Of a DNA stretch of 64,000 nucleotides, positions 25,601 through 38,770 are shown piece by piece. This DNA comes from Glaucostegus cemiculus (Eukaryota), in assembly GCA_976551045.1 (NCBI GenBank), contig CDPCPM010000239.1, positions 9,424,001 to 9,488,000 of the forward strand, in the 5' to 3' direction. Both the position numbers and the translations under genes were made by a program. The notes under the pieces were generated by a model, which was given only the letters and a program-made list of their open reading frames with translations, searched no databases and was not told the origin of the DNA. Position 1 is the first letter of the stretch, and every line of letters starts with the position of its first letter.

Positions 25601-25894
25601 GCCTGAATACGTGGTTATGTCAAGGCATAAATGATCAACATTTGGCTAGCTAAGGAAGGTGAGCAACACTCTTGAAATCCATTACAGTAACAGTCAACAC
25701 TTTCAGGTGAAACCAGATAAAGGATAATGGCGAAGGATAAAGCCTTTTAAAACAGAGGTTATTCAGTGACTAACCAATAGCATAAGTGAGACAAAAGGAA
25801 AGTGGTTAGGTGAGTGATTAAATGAATAAGTAAATATTTTTGGTGGCTAAGTGGTTGCTAGCTTGTGGTACTGAGAAATTAAATAAGGGCATGG

Positions 25895-26030
25895 CTCTAA
25901 TGCAGGGTCTCAATTCGAAATGTCAACCATCCCTTTGCCTCTACAGGTGCTACTTGACCCCTGAATTGCCCAGTAGTCTGTTTTTTTTTGATGCAGATTC
26001 CAGCATCTGCAGTCTCTTGTGTCTCCATGA
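25895..26030 (+). mobile_element. Penelope-type terminal repeat, CTGATGC subfamily
   Basis: ctaatgcagggtctcaattcGAAAtgtcaacc...cagcatctgcagtctcttgtgtctcc. Confidence 0.6.
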
Positions 26031-26234
26031 GTAATGCTTAGCAGATGAGTGATTAGTTGAATGATTGAGTTACTGAGAAAAAGGTTAATTATTTGTGGAG
26101 TGATTGAGATATTGAATGAGCTAATCAGGATGGAAGGAGTGTTTAAATCTGGGGGAGGGATGGATGGGGTGGACAGGTGAGTGGGTGTGGGGCAGTGCTT
26201 GAGTGAGTGCTTAGTTATTGGGTGTAAGTCTTAG

Positions 26235-26640
26235 AAACAATGGTAGTGTTCTCTTCTTTGAGTCAGGAGGTTATGATTTTGAGTCTTGAACCACAAATTG
26301 AATCATTGAATCTGGGAAGACTCTCCAATATACGACTGAGGGAATACTTCCCTGCTGAAAGTGTTGACTTCCTGGTGAGTCATTAAACCCATTCAAGTGG
26401 ATTTAAAAGATTCCATAACAATACTTCAAGGAAAGCAAGGCTGTCATTAATTCTCAAATGACTGCAGAGAAATAATTATTTGATCCTTCGTACCTTACTG
26501 TTTGTGGAATCTTATTGCATGCAAATTAGTAGAGGTGTTTCTCTACTTTCTGACATTTCAATAGCACTTAATTTTCTGAAAAGCACTATGGGACATCCTG
26601 AGGTCATAAAAAGTGCTAATTAAAGGCATATTCTTTTTGT
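26235..26640 (+). mobile_element. Deu-domain SINE (SacSINE1-like), old, near full length
   Basis: tRNA-like head (gagtcaggaggtt), gactgagggaat, Deu motif (ggatttaaaagattccat), L2 tail aaagcactatgggacatcctgaggt. Confidence 0.6.
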
Positions 26641-27034
26641 GGTGTATAATTATTTCTTGAGTAAGTTCTTGGGTAAGAGATTGAGGTTATGAGTACTCTG
26701 TCTTTAGGTAAGTCATTGGGCAATGATTTTGTTTTTATTATAGTGGTCTGTTTTCAACCATGTTTTGATCCGTGATTTGGGCATCTATGAGGGAGGAGTA
26801 TAGAGTTTCTCCAAACTGATAACACCAGCTGTTTTGGATTCTATTCCAACATAAACCTAGAAAGATCTTGTAGCCTTCTGTTCCAAGGTCTGTTGTTAGA
26901 AATCAGAAAATATAGCAGTGGGTATGCGTCCTCTACTGCGCCAGTTGACATTATAAATGGGCAGAAGATGATTTCCAGGGATCCCCCACCAATGCCTGTT
27001 TCAAGGAGAACAATTTCTGCTTCTTCAATTTCTT

Positions 27035-27325
27035 TAGAATCAGAAGCAGAATCAGTTTTATTGTCACTTCCATATACACATTCATGGGAGCAAAATACCG
27101 TACTCCACAGATCAAGGTGCTAGTCACATTAAAAAAACAATGAGAAACACAAAGACAGAAAAACATTAACAACATTGGAACCACAAAAATTAAATAGCAA
27201 CTTGAATAAACATTCTTAGAGTGAGCATACTGAGGCAGCAGACATTGGACATTTAAAGTGCTGGTGCATTTTTGTACGCCTAGCATCCTTTGGTGTTGGC
27301 GGGAGGGATAGAGGGATGAGGGACT
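27035..27325 (-). mobile_element. Rex1 3' end, older relative of 4506-6517
   Basis: agaatcagaagcagaatcagttttattg tail; catttaaagtgctggtgcattt...ctagcatc shared with 4750-4790. Confidence 0.75.
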
Positions 27326-28156
27326 ACAGAACTAATGTCCTTCATCCCTGGAATCATTTGAGTAAATCTTTTCTGCACCCTGTATCATGTTTTGGATGTA
27401 ACGCCTGTTGTACATTGAAAGTTAGATTGTGGATTTGTGCTAGCGGTACACTCAAAAAGGATGATGGAAAGTGTTAAATATATAATGCAGTAATAATGGT
27501 CAAGGTATTCTGATGAAGGAGGAAATCACAGGAGAAGAAAAACAAAAGGGTGATGAAAGGATTTTTTAACAAGTGTTATTTTAGCAGAGGGTTAGAGGCA
27601 ACAGGTTGTCCTCCTGATACATTTCCTCTGGAGAAATCTTATAAATAAACCACGTTAGGTGGAATGCAAGTAAGTGAAATGTGTGTATCTTTGAGCAGAT
27701 AGGATAATCAAGTTAATTAAGCTGGTGCCATTACATTGGACTTGATCAGAATCAGGTTTATTATCATTGACTTATATGTCATGAAACTTGTTTTGTGGCA
27801 GCAGCACAGTGCAAGACATAAAATTACTATGAATTACAGAATTAATAAATAGTGCAAAAAAGAGGAATAATGAAGTAGGACTAAGAAGGGAAGAAGTTGT
27901 TCCTAAATATCTGAGTGTGAGTCTTCAGGTTCCTGTACTTCCTCCCCAGAGAGGGCACATCCCGGATGGTGAGGGTCCATAGTGATGGATGCCACCTTCT
28001 TGAGGCATCACCTCTTGAAGATGTCCTCGATGGTAGGGAAGGTTGTGCCAGTGATGGAGCTGGCTGAGTCTACAACCTTCTGAAGCTTCTTGTGATCCTA
28101 TGTATTGAAGCCTCCATACCAGGCAGTGATGCAACCAGTCAGGATTCTCTCTGCCG

Positions 28157-28760
28157 TCATAGAGTAATACAGCATGGAAACAGACCCTTCAGCCCAACTA
28201 ATCCATGCTGTCCACACATCCTCCCTGCTAGTCCCAGTTGCCTGCATTCAGCCCATAACCCTCCAAGCCCCTTCCCTCCATGTACCTATCCAAAAGCCTC
28301 TTAAATGTTGCAGTTGTACCCACCTCGACCACTTCATCTGGCAGCTCGTTCCAGGTACTCACTACCCACTATGCAAAGAAGTTACCTCTCACATTTCTCT
28401 TCAATCTCTCCCTTCTTACCTCATATCTGTGCCCTCTAGTTATGGACTCCCCAACCCTGGGGAAAAGACTATGACCATCCACCTTATCCATATCCCTCAT
28501 GATTTTATAAACCTCTATGAGGTCACCCCCATTTCCCATGCTCCAAGGAATAAAGATACAGTGTGAACAACCTCTCCCTATAACTCAGGGCCTCTATCCA
28601 GGTAACATCCTCGTAAATCTCTTCTGCACCGCTCTCCCCCCCCCCCCAGCTTAACAATGTATTTCCTATAACAGGGTGACCGAAACTGTACACAATACTC
28701 CAAGTGCAGCCTCACCAATTACTATATAATAATTTCCCTATTCCTAAACCTGATGCTCTA
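28157..28760 (-). mobile_element. CR1 3' fragment (older)
   Basis: Reverse [12 protein letters not shown] and a CR1 tail at 28157. Confidence 0.8.
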
Positions 28761-28764
28761 TACA

Positions 28765-29360
28765 CAGAACATAGAAAAACTACAGCACAATTCAGGCCCT
28801 TCGGCCCACAAAGCTGTGCCGAACATGTCCTTACACTAGGAATTACTGGGCATTCCCATAGCCCTCTATTTTACTTAGCTCCATGTACCTATCTAACAGT
28901 CTCTTGAAAGACCCTGTCGTATCTGCCTCCACCACTGCTTCCGGCAGCCCATTCCACGCACTCACCACTCTCTGAGTAAAAAACTTACCTCTGACATCTC
29001 CTCTATATCTACTCCCCAGCACCTTAAACCTATGTCCTCTTGTGGCCACCATTTCAGCCCTGGGGAAAAGCCTCTGACTATCTACCCGATCAATACCTCT
29101 CATCATCTTATATACCTCTATCAGGTCCCTCCTCATCCTCCTTCTCTCCAAGGAGAAAAGACCGAGTTCCCGCAACCTGCTCTCATAAGGCATGCTCCGC
29201 ATTCCAGGCAGCATCCTCGTAAACCTCCTCTGCGCCCTCTCTATGGCTTCTACATGTTTCCTGTAGTGAGGCGACCAGAACTGAGCACAATACTCCAAGT
29301 GGATTCTGACCAGGGACCTATATAACTGAATCAATACCTCTCGGCTCCTAAATTCAATCC
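28765..29360 (-). mobile_element. CR1 3' fragment (young, open frame)
   Basis: GIEFRSREV...LEYCAQFWSPHY...FFTQRVVSAWNGLP in ORF 28843..29412; ttctatgttct tail. Confidence 0.88.
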
Positions 29361-31785
29361 CGCATCTATAAATATTTGCAAGCGTCTTTGGTGACATACC
29401 AAATGTCCTCAAACTCCTAGCGAAGTAGAGCCGCTGGCATGCCTTCTTCGTGATTGTATCAATATGTTGGGCCTAGGACAGATCCTCTGAGATGTTGACA
29501 CCCAGGAACTTGAAGCTGCTCGCCCTTTCGATCACTGACCCCTCAATGAGGACGGGTGTGTATTCTCCCGGCTTCTGAAGTCCACAATCAATTCCTTGGT
29601 CTTGATGTTGAGTGCGAGGTTGTTGTTGTAACATCTCTCAACCAATCTATCTCACTCCTGTACACCTCCTCCTCACTGTCTGAGATTCTTCCAACGGCAG
29701 TAGTGTCATTGAGAGAGAGTAGAGCAGTGGGCTAAGCACGCATCCTTGAGGTGCGCCTGTGTTGATTGTCAGCAAGGAGGAGATGTTACTACCTATCCGC
29801 ACTGACTGTGGTCTCCCAATGAGGAAGTCGAAGATCCAGTTGCAGAGGACCAGGTTTTGAAGCTTGTTGATTAATATTGAGGGGATGGTGGTGTTGAATG
29901 CCGAGCTGTAATCGATAAACAGCAGCCTGATGTATGTTTTGCTATTCTCTATGTGCTTGGGAGCGGAGAGCCAGTGGGATTGCATCCGCTGTAGACCTGT
30001 TGTGGTGGTAGGCAAACTGCATTGGGTCCAGGTCCTTGCACAGGCAGGAGTTAATTCTAGCCATAACCAAACTCTCAAAGCACTTCAGCACAGTAGATGT
30101 GAGTGCTACTGGGCAATAGTCTTTGAGGCAGCTCAGTCTGCTCTTCTTGGGCACCAGTATGATTGCTGCCATTTAGAAGCAGGTGGGAACCTCAGACCGC
30201 AGCAGTGAGAGGTTGAAGATGTCCTTGAACACTCCAGCCAGTTGGTTGGCACAGGTTTACAGTACCCGGCCAGGTACACTATTGAGTCCTGACGCCTTGC
30301 GAGGGTTCACCCTCTTGAAGGATGTCCCATATCAGCCTCTGAGACAGAGTTCACAGGGTTGCCAGATGCTGTGGGGATTCACACAGGTGTAGTTTTGTTC
30401 TCCCTTTCAAAGCATGCATAAGAAGCATTGAGCACATTGGGGAGTGAAACATCACTGCCATTTATGCTGCTAGGTTTCGCCTTATAGGAAGTAATGGCAT
30501 GCAAACCCTGCCACAGCTGTCGCGCATCCGATTGCGTCTCTAACTTCACGCAAGTTGCCTTTTCGTTCTCACAACATCCTTCCATGGGTCTGGACTTCTT
30601 GAATGCCACAGATCTAGCCCTCGGTGGACTGCGAATCTCCTGGTTCATCCACTACTGGTTTGGGAAAACTCGGTATGATCTCGAAGGCTCACACTCATCC
30701 ACACAGGTCTTGTTGAAGTCGGTGACGGCCGTGGCATATTCATTCAGATTTGCAGATGAATCCCTGAATGTGATCCAGTTCAACAATTCAAAACAATCCA
30801 GTAAAGCAGAGTACACAACAGTCCCTGATATCCCTCGGGTACTACAGTCTTGCTCTGAGGTCAATTTTATTTTCCAGAATCTCTGTGTTAGCCATGAGGA
30901 TTGTAGAGAGGGGCCTTAGGGCCCTGCACTTCAGTTTTACCTGGAGCCCTCCCCTGTGACCATGTTTTCTTAGGAGAAAGAGTTGTTTACACAGAACATA
31001 ATGACTTCTTGAGATAAGGAAGGATCACAACTACAATACCAAATCAAGGAAGAATTGGGATACCTGTTAAGATTGGATCATTAATGGGCAGAGGTAGTTA
31101 GGATAAGATTGGACAGAGAGTATTTTCCAATCCCTTTTTATGCAAAAGGGGTAAAAATCAGGTTGCTAACTGAGAGCTCTTTGAGCTGAAATTAAAGTTA
31201 GCCTTGGCATGCCTTGGCTGTGTTTTGATTAGTTTAAGACTGAGACCAAGAACAAGAGCATTATTTACCCATGGCTGATGCTCAGACATCTTACTGTTAT
31301 TATTCACTTAACCAACCCATTGTGAGAGAATCATCACATCTGTAAGGCTCATACATCTGTTTTCTATTATGATACTGTGATAATTACAACAATGTCATTT
31401 CTTGTGAACCATTAAATTACTCTATTCATTGACCTTTTACGTAACCTGTAACTTTTGGAAAAAATTAAAATCTAACACCTCTCTAATGCTTTTACACCTT
31501 TCCCAAAATGTGGTCCCCAGAACCAGACACCAAAGTGGCTGAACCAATGTTTATAAAAGTTCATCAGAACTTCCTTGTTCTTGTACTCTTTGCCTCTATT
31601 TGTAAAGCCCAGCACAGCGGGCTACATCAATGACTTTGTTGGTGTTGCATCCTGGTCTTATACAGAATTCACAAGTTCTGTCTTCTTTTGCTGCCAACTT
31701 TTATTCTCATTTCAACATGGTTCATCTCTGACCCCTTCCCTTCCTTTCCTCACACCTCTATCTCCATTTCAATGATAGCTTTGTG

Positions 31786-33070
31786 GAGTTGGAATTGGAA
31801 TTGGAATTGGTTTATTATTGTCATATGTACCAAGGTACAGTGAAAAACTTGTCTTGCATACAGTTCATACAGATCAATTCATGACATGGTGCATCAAGGT
31901 AAAACAATAACAAAACGCAGAATAAAGTCTAACAGCTACAGAGAAAGTGCAGTGCACGTTGACAATAAGGTGCAAGGTCATAACGAGATAGACTGTGAGG
32001 TCAAGAGTCCATCTTATTGTACTAGGGAACTGTTCAATAGTCTTCTAACAGTGAGATAGAAGCTGTCCTTGAGCCTGGTGGTATATGTGCTTTCAGGATT
32101 TTGTATCTTCCGCCTGATGGGAGAGGGAGAAGTGAGAATGTCTGGGGTGGGTGGGGTTTTTGATTATGTCAGCTGCTTTACCAAGGCAGTGAGAAGTGTA
32201 GACAGAGTCCATGAAGGGGAGGCTGGTTTCTGCGATGTGCTGAGCTGTGTCCAAAACCCTCTGCGGTTTCTTGCAGTCCCAGGCAGATCAATTGCCATAC
32301 CAAGCCGTGGTGTGTCCAGATAGGATGCTTTCTATGGTGCATTGATAAAAATTAGTGATGGTTGACAGGGACATGCCAAATTTCTTTAGCCTCCTGATGA
32401 AGTAGAGGCACTGCTGAGCTTTCTTGGCCAGGGCATCAATGTGGTTGGACCAGGACAGGCTATTGGTGATGTTCACACCTAGGAACTTGAAGCTCTCCAC
32501 CCTCTTGACCTCAGCATCATTGATGTAGACAGGAACATGTGCACTGCTCCCCTTCCTGAAGTCAATGACCAGCTCTTTTGTTTTGCTGACATTGAGGGAA
32601 AGGTTGTTGTTATGGCACCATGTTACTAAGCTCTATCTCTTTCCTGTACTCTGACTCATCATTATTTGATGAGTCAGAGTACAGGAAAGTACAGCCCACT
32701 ACAGTGGTATCATTTTGCAAACTTGTAAATGGATTTAGAGCAGAACCTGGCTGTGCAGTCATGAGTGTATAGGGAGTAGAGTAGGGGGCTGAGGACACAG
32801 CCTTGAAGGGCACCAGTGTTGAGAATAATTGTGGTCGAGGTTTTGCTGCCTATCCTAACTGATTGCAGTCTGTTGGTCAGGAAGTCAAGGATCCAGTTGC
32901 AAAGGGAAGTGTTGAATCCCAGGTCTTGGAGTTTGGTGATGAGTTTGCTTGGAATTATAGTATTGAAGTTGGAGCTGCAGTCAATGAACAATAGTCTAAG
33001 GTAGGTGGCTTTACAGTCTAGAGTCTCCAGGAATGAATGTAGGACCAGGGAGATGGTGTCTGTCATTGTG
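31786..33070 (-). mobile_element. Rex1/Babar LINE 3' half with (CCAATT)n tail
   Basis: ORFs 32710..33075 ([25 protein letters not shown]) and 32288..32500 (FKFLGV, FYQCTIESIL). Confidence 0.88.
32639..32689. repeat. Perfect 23-bp stem, 5-nt loop hairpin inside Rex1 RT
   Basis: CTTTCCTGTACTCTGACTCATCA-ttatt-TGATGAGTCAGAGTACAGGAAAG. Confidence 0.9.
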
Positions 33071-33892
33071 ACCAATATCTGTTAAAAGTACATAGACTCC
33101 CACAGACACTTTGGTTGTATCTCCTCTCATCCTGGTTTCCAGAAGGACAATTTCTTTTTCTCTGGCTCTGTCATATCTGTTCTAAAGACTACACCAATAC
33201 TTAGAAGGTGTCTTCTGTTCTCCTTGTGTAACTGTTCTCTTTCCTTAACTGTGGCTTCCCCATCACAATACTTGAGGGTTCAAACTGGTGACTGTACCAT
33301 CTTCCACACCTCTGCTCTCACTCCATTTCCTCCCATCCAGACTACAGACACCACTCCCATTAGTCTCACCTTCCAACCCATTGGTTTCCACTTTCAGTGG
33401 GTCACCCTCTAATTTCTGCCATCTTCAACAATGATGCCACACCAGGCACATCTTCCCCTTCAATACTTCCAAAGGGATTGTCTCTCCAGTTCACTCTTAC
33501 ATCTTTACCAACTGTCACTGTCTTCAAGTGCAGGAGAAGCAACACCTGCCCTTTCACTTGTTGCTTTTCCATCACCCAGGGATCTAAGCACTTCTCCAAG
33601 ATAAAGCAGTGATTCACTTATTCCAGTTTAGTGCACTGCTTTAGGTGTTGATGGTGTGGACTCCTATACACCGAGGACTCAAACAAAGATCAGATGACCA
33701 CTTCCTTTCAGTGCACAAACGTGATCCTGCATTTTAATTCCCCATCCTACTTCCATACTGACTTCTGTTACTGGCCTCTTACACTTTTCCAACAAAGCAC
33801 AACATAAGCACAAGGAACAGCATCTCATTTCCCACTAGGCATATTACAGCCCTCAGGAGTCAATACTGAACTAAACAGGCCTTTCCTGTTTG

Positions 33893-34302
33893 TGTCACAA
33901 TGTTGATTGAAGAGCAAGCTCACAGAGAACCCAAATGCAGCACACTGGTACAAGAGTAGAGTCAGGATACTTCCTCAGGACCAAACACAGGCAGCAACTG
34001 GAAGGAAATCTTGCCTCAGAGAGCTGAGTAGTAATCCCAACACAAACTGAATCTTCAAGCAGGCCTAGAGAACATAGGACTGCTCTGGAGTAGACCACTC
34101 TAAGCAGCTAGAAACCAAACTGAATCTTCAAAGTTGACCAATCCTCTGGCAACTAGTGCTATAGAAACCCAGGTACTTATGCTAGGCCCCTGATGGGGCT
34201 CAGGTGTGTGTCATTATGCAATCAGTCCAGCATGGAATCCATGTGCTGTACAACAAGGCATCCAAGGAACCAAATCAAGGGCCATTACTCAGAATCATGA
34301 CA
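33893..34302 (-). mobile_element. Solo LTR (~410 bp)
   Basis: TGTCA...TGACA ends, 5-bp TSD gtttg/gcttg; reverse-complement homologue of 44474-44869. Confidence 0.85.
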
Positions 34303-35189
34303 GCTTGTGTCACAACTGGTCAGTTTTGATGTGAAGTCATCATTCTATAATATTTTTCTCCCTCCTGCTAGTTATTTCCAGGATTTCCTTTTATTTAATA
34401 TTTCCAATCTGTGTTTCTTTTTAGTTTTCAGAAGATTTTTTAATGTTTAATGTTCTATATCTCAAAATCTCAGCACTTTTTTTCTCTGCCCTCTCTTCAT
34501 TCAATTCCTTCGATTCACCATCTGTCTTCCAATTCCGCCCTCCACCTCTCCCACCTGGCTCCGTCTGTCTGTCGTTCTTCACTCCCTCCTCAGTCCACCA
34601 ATCACCTACAGGCCTCTGTCTCGCCCCTCCCCCTCTACTGGCTATCTCCCCCCTCCACTCTCAGTCCTGATGCAGGGTCTTGACCTGAGACGTCGACGGT
34701 TCCTTCCCCCCTCCACAGATGCTGCCTGACCCACTGAGTTTCCCCAGCGGTTTGTATTTGTTCCAGACTCCAGCACTAGCAGTCACTTGTGTCTCCACCT
34801 TCTGCTTATATCCTTGCATGTTGATCAGCTGTGATTATCAAGCCTTCACTCCCTTTCAGTCAACACCAACAACATCTGTGTCCTTCAGTCTCTCTTGGTC
34901 TCCAACCCATCATAGACTTTCCCCTTGTTCTCTCCACCCCTCACCCTTCTCAGCAACTTAAAACATCTCTGATTGCTCTTTTCCCGGTTTTGATGAATAG
35001 TCATCAATTCGAATCATCACCTCTGCTTCCCTCTCTGCAGATACTGCCTGACCCACCCAGTGTTTCTCGAATTTTCCATTTTTACTCGAGATTTCCAGCA
35101 TTTTTTTTTTGCCTTTAAGCAGGTTTCTTAATGTTTTGGACAATGAAACTAAATAGATTTCAAATTTTCTTGGTAAATAAAATGCATTA

Positions 35190-35410
35190 ACAATGGCTCC
35201 ATCTGCCCATCATCCCCCTCCTCACCTGGTTCTACCTGGCACTTGTCAGCCCCTGCCTCACCCCTCCTCCTCAGCTCTTTATGTCGGCTATCTCCTCTCT
35301 GCACACTCAGTCCTGATGCATGGTGTCAACCTGAAATGGTCACCATCCTTTTGCCTCCACAGATGCTGCTTGACCTGCTGAGTTCCTTCAGCAGTTTGTT
35401 TTTTGATGCT
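35190..35410 (+). mobile_element. Penelope-type terminal repeat, CTGATGC subfamily
   Basis: ctcagtcCTGATGCatggtgtcaacctGAAAtggtcacc...gatgctgcttgacctgctgagttcc. Confidence 0.65.
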
Positions 35411-36866
35411 GTGAAGATGTTTCATCTGGTGAAGGATGTAGGAGTCTTAGCGAGGAGGCTAAAATGAACAATTTCATCATGTACAATGCTATGAATCTTT
35501 GGAATTCTTTATCCACAATGCCTTTAAATGCTGAGCCATTAAATGCATTCAAGCATGAGGTGTAGAGGTTTTTGGACAGCAGGAACTAGAGTCTTACAGG
35601 TTCAGCTGGAAGATTCAGTTGAGGCAAAACTGTAGGCATTGATTTTATGAACAACAAACGAGGAAGAAGAGGCAGTGTAGCCAACTGCCACTCCCATTTC
35701 TTACATATTTAAGGATGGAGACAACAACGTACACATAAAAAGTGGATTATTTATTATCCAGAAGTACAATATGTTAAACAATTCTTGCCATTTTGATAGC
35801 AGGTGCCCAAATGGAGTGAAATTCAAATTACAGAATGATGAGATACTTGAATCAGGGAATGAGGTGTCACTTGTCATTTTAAGAGCATACCATTTTGTCA
35901 CAATTATCTTAATGTTCTTTATGCTCACAATCACAGGATCCAGGTTAGAGTGCCACATTCAGTTTTATATCTTCCCTCAACCCTCCTCCCCTATAGAATT
36001 GATAATGGCAAACTTTTAATAAGACCACAAACAAGAAAAATGCTGCTTTTTCAAACTGGTTTACTAAATGTCTGGAAACTCATTTCCAGCAGCAAGGACC
36101 TTCGGAGCGGAAACTGAAATAGACAAATAGTTCAGTCCCATTTTCTCCAGCTCCACACCAGTCTTTATACTTAACTAAGATTAGCAAACAAGATTTGGAG
36201 ATTTTCGAGGCTGGAGATTTGCTCTCCTGGGCAGTGGTTCTGTGATTTCAGTTTTAAATCTGAAAACTTGGTTTGGACATTGCTGAGGTAGATCATTCCT
36301 ATCTCCTTGGTAACTGCAAACAATCATAGCACTGTGCCTTTTAGGAGCCATTGTGTAGTGGAGAGGTTCCTTCCTCAAGAAAGTATTTCAAAGCCTGTGC
36401 TTTGCAATAAAGTATCATGGACATTAAAAAAAAACATTGTAAAAGAATGCAGAAGGAAAGCAGGAATTTTGGATTACAAATCCCTGTTCATGATGTGCAG
36501 TCTGTTCTGACTGCAGATCAGAAACCAGCGCAGAGACCACATTTGTGGTGCTTCCAATTTTCTGCATTGTGAAAAACTCTCTCTAATCTGTGTTATCAAA
36601 AAGCAAAACCATGCCAAGACCAGGCTCACATTTCTGGGGCTATTTTGCAGATTTCACTTGGTTTTAATCTGAAACATTGCACATTAAAATTAAGGGTCCC
36701 TTTCCTCAAATTCATTCTTATTCCTCAAAACTATGTTACATAAATTCTACCTCTCCATCTTAATTATTTTTTAATTCCAATTGATCCTTCCTCTTCTGAA
36801 GAGGCTGGCATTTATCATGCCATTGTTTGAATGGATATACCTGAGTGTCATTTGTTAATTTGGAGA

Positions 36867-37158
36867 GGCACTGTAGTGGAGTGGTTAGCGTAATACTACA
36901 ACAGCGCCAGTGACCTGGGTTCAATTCTGGCTGCTGTCTGTAAGGAGTTTGTATGTTATCCCTGTGTCTGCGTGGGTTTCCTCCAGGTGCTCTGGTTTCC
37001 TCCCACATTCCAAAGACTTACGAGTTAGAAGGTTGTGGGCATGATATGTTGGCGCCGGAAGTGTGGTGACACCTGCGGGCTGCCCCCAGAACATTCTACG
37101 CAACAGATGCATTTCACTGTCTGTTTCAATGTACATGTGACTAATAAAGATATCTTAC
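36867..37158 (+). mobile_element. V-domain SINE with non-CR1 (Rex-like) tail
   Basis: A-box-like tggagtggttagc, B-box-like ggttcaattc, core gggtttcctccaggtgctctggtttcctcccacattcc, tail gtacatgtgactaataaagatatctta. Confidence 0.85.
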
Positions 37159-37389
37159 AATGGAGAAAGGAGATGAGTTGAGTTCAACTCTATTCTCACT
37201 TGACGTTTGCACATGCAACAGAAAATGGATTGCGATAGAGTGGCATAGCTGTTTCCCTATCCTTCTCTACACTAAGGCTAGACATAGTTATCTTGTATCA
37301 GCACAGAATGGACCGCAATAAGGGTGTAGATTATAACAGAAAGTGCAATATGGATTATAGTGATGTCTGTGTTCAGACAGGAGACTTCC

Positions 37390-38647
37390 TGAAATTACAT
37401 TATCAAGTTTATTGAATTACTTTTATGACATAATGTTCTGTAAACCAATGTCAGTCATATTTAAAATGAAAACAAATCCAAATATATCAAAATGAATTTT
37501 ATTTATGATGATAGGCTGATAAATCTTTGAGCTGTGAGAACTATCAATAAAGAATTAGTTTAGCGAGTGCACTACTGAGTGTAATTTTCAGAAGTTGATT
37601 TTACTATTGGTTTTACTGTGTGGTGTTTTCAATATAGATGGTAGAGAAAATGAGCTCTTTACTTACTGTGTTTAAGGTTATCCAGTAGTTCTGTCTATCT
37701 CAGAAATGAGAAAGATGACTTTGCAAACATAATGGAAGCTTACCACCTGCTTTTTTCCTGGAGTTTGAATAATGGTGTTCATTAGATTTGGGGAAAGGGC
37801 CTGCAACAGGTAGATTCTATGTAGGGCAAGATACAATTTTTATGAATATTTCACTCAAGGGATCCCGTTGAAGCTGCATTGAGTGTCTACAACATTCAAG
37901 GGCCGCAAACCAGTGGCTAAATTAAACTGTTCCAATGGCATTGAATTAAATGAATGAAGAAATATGAATTTCATAAATCCTAATTCTGTTCTGTTTTTCC
38001 AGTGTTAAAAATTTGAGCAACAAAATCTGAAGAGTCAATAGGGTTAAAAAGTCTTGAGGGCTCTAAAATATTCATTGCAAAAGTATTTACTTATGTTTCA
38101 AAGAGTGAGAACATAAATTATGCTGTTTGCTGAAACAATTTGAATTCAATAGTATCTCTGATGGACTCATCTCTGAATGCCTTTTTATGGCGGTTGAAGG
38201 CAGGTTGATGTGAATTCTTTCCACATGATAGATGTTACACCATCAGCAGCCAACATTGTCTTCAAGTCAAATGCTGTTAGATCCAAAGCAGTAATCGTAG
38301 GTTGTAAACCTATAATAAAGAGAGTTTTAAAATACTATTTAGTTTTGGATAATTGAAACAAAAATTAACCCCATTAGTTCCATTTGATTACCTTGCTTCC
38401 CCTCCACAATTTCCTGTGCTGAGGGACCTGAATTGTTTTTCTGGTCTCGGTTCACTGGGTGCTGACCAGCCTCTGGAAGTTTGCCTAATGATTAGTTCCA
38501 ACTGCGGTTCCACACAGTAAAAGCAGCAGGGTACTCATCTGTGGGAGTGTCATAGCTAAGTCTGGCCAACATTTGTTCAAAATAAGTATGCCCGGCAGAG
38601 TCATTGGTTCTTGATCAGGTCTCCAGGCTAATTTATTTCTTGTCGCC
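37390..38647 (-). other. Probable last (3'UTR) exon of the PDE9-like gene
   Basis: gttcctgcag| acceptor at 38648; no recognised repeats in this AT-rich stretch; AATAAA on - strand at 37498-37503 and 37408-37413. Confidence 0.45.
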
Positions 38648-38770
38648 CTGCAGGAACACTAAAACCAATTGTAACACTCCTTAGCAGCACTGCAAGCAAA
38701 ACTAAGTAACAGGACACTGTACCCAAGACCTTCCTGACTGCTCAAAATCACACTGTAGTAAGCGCATTTA

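Larger units (their letters stand above)
27746..30800 (-). mobile_element. Degraded Rex1/Babar LINE split by two CR1 insertions (28157-29360)
   Basis: RT pieces [39 protein letters not shown]; atcagaatcaggtttatt tail at 27746. Confidence 0.85.
31612..35110 (+). mobile_element. Decayed Penelope-like element (RT, GIY-YIG, terminal repeats) split by Rex1 and solo-LTR insertions
   Basis: YI(N)D..VG.AS and SLPFL at ~31620-31750; gactcccac (TDSH) at ~33095; tggactcctatacaccgag (GLLYxGE) at ~33660; catctcattt...cagccctcagga (HLIF..G.LQP.G) at ~33820; hammerhead repeats at 34662 and ~34990. Confidence 0.7.

Noticed and set aside
28843-29412. 189-aa ORF as a novel gene
   Set aside because: Chance in-frame fusion of Rex1 (FGMSPKTLANIYRC) and CR1 (GIEFRSRE...) fragments at an insertion junction.
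36867-36935. tRNA genes at SINE heads (also 40670-40738, 19773)
   Set aside because: A/B-box-like heads run directly into the V-SINE core; no complete cloverleaf.
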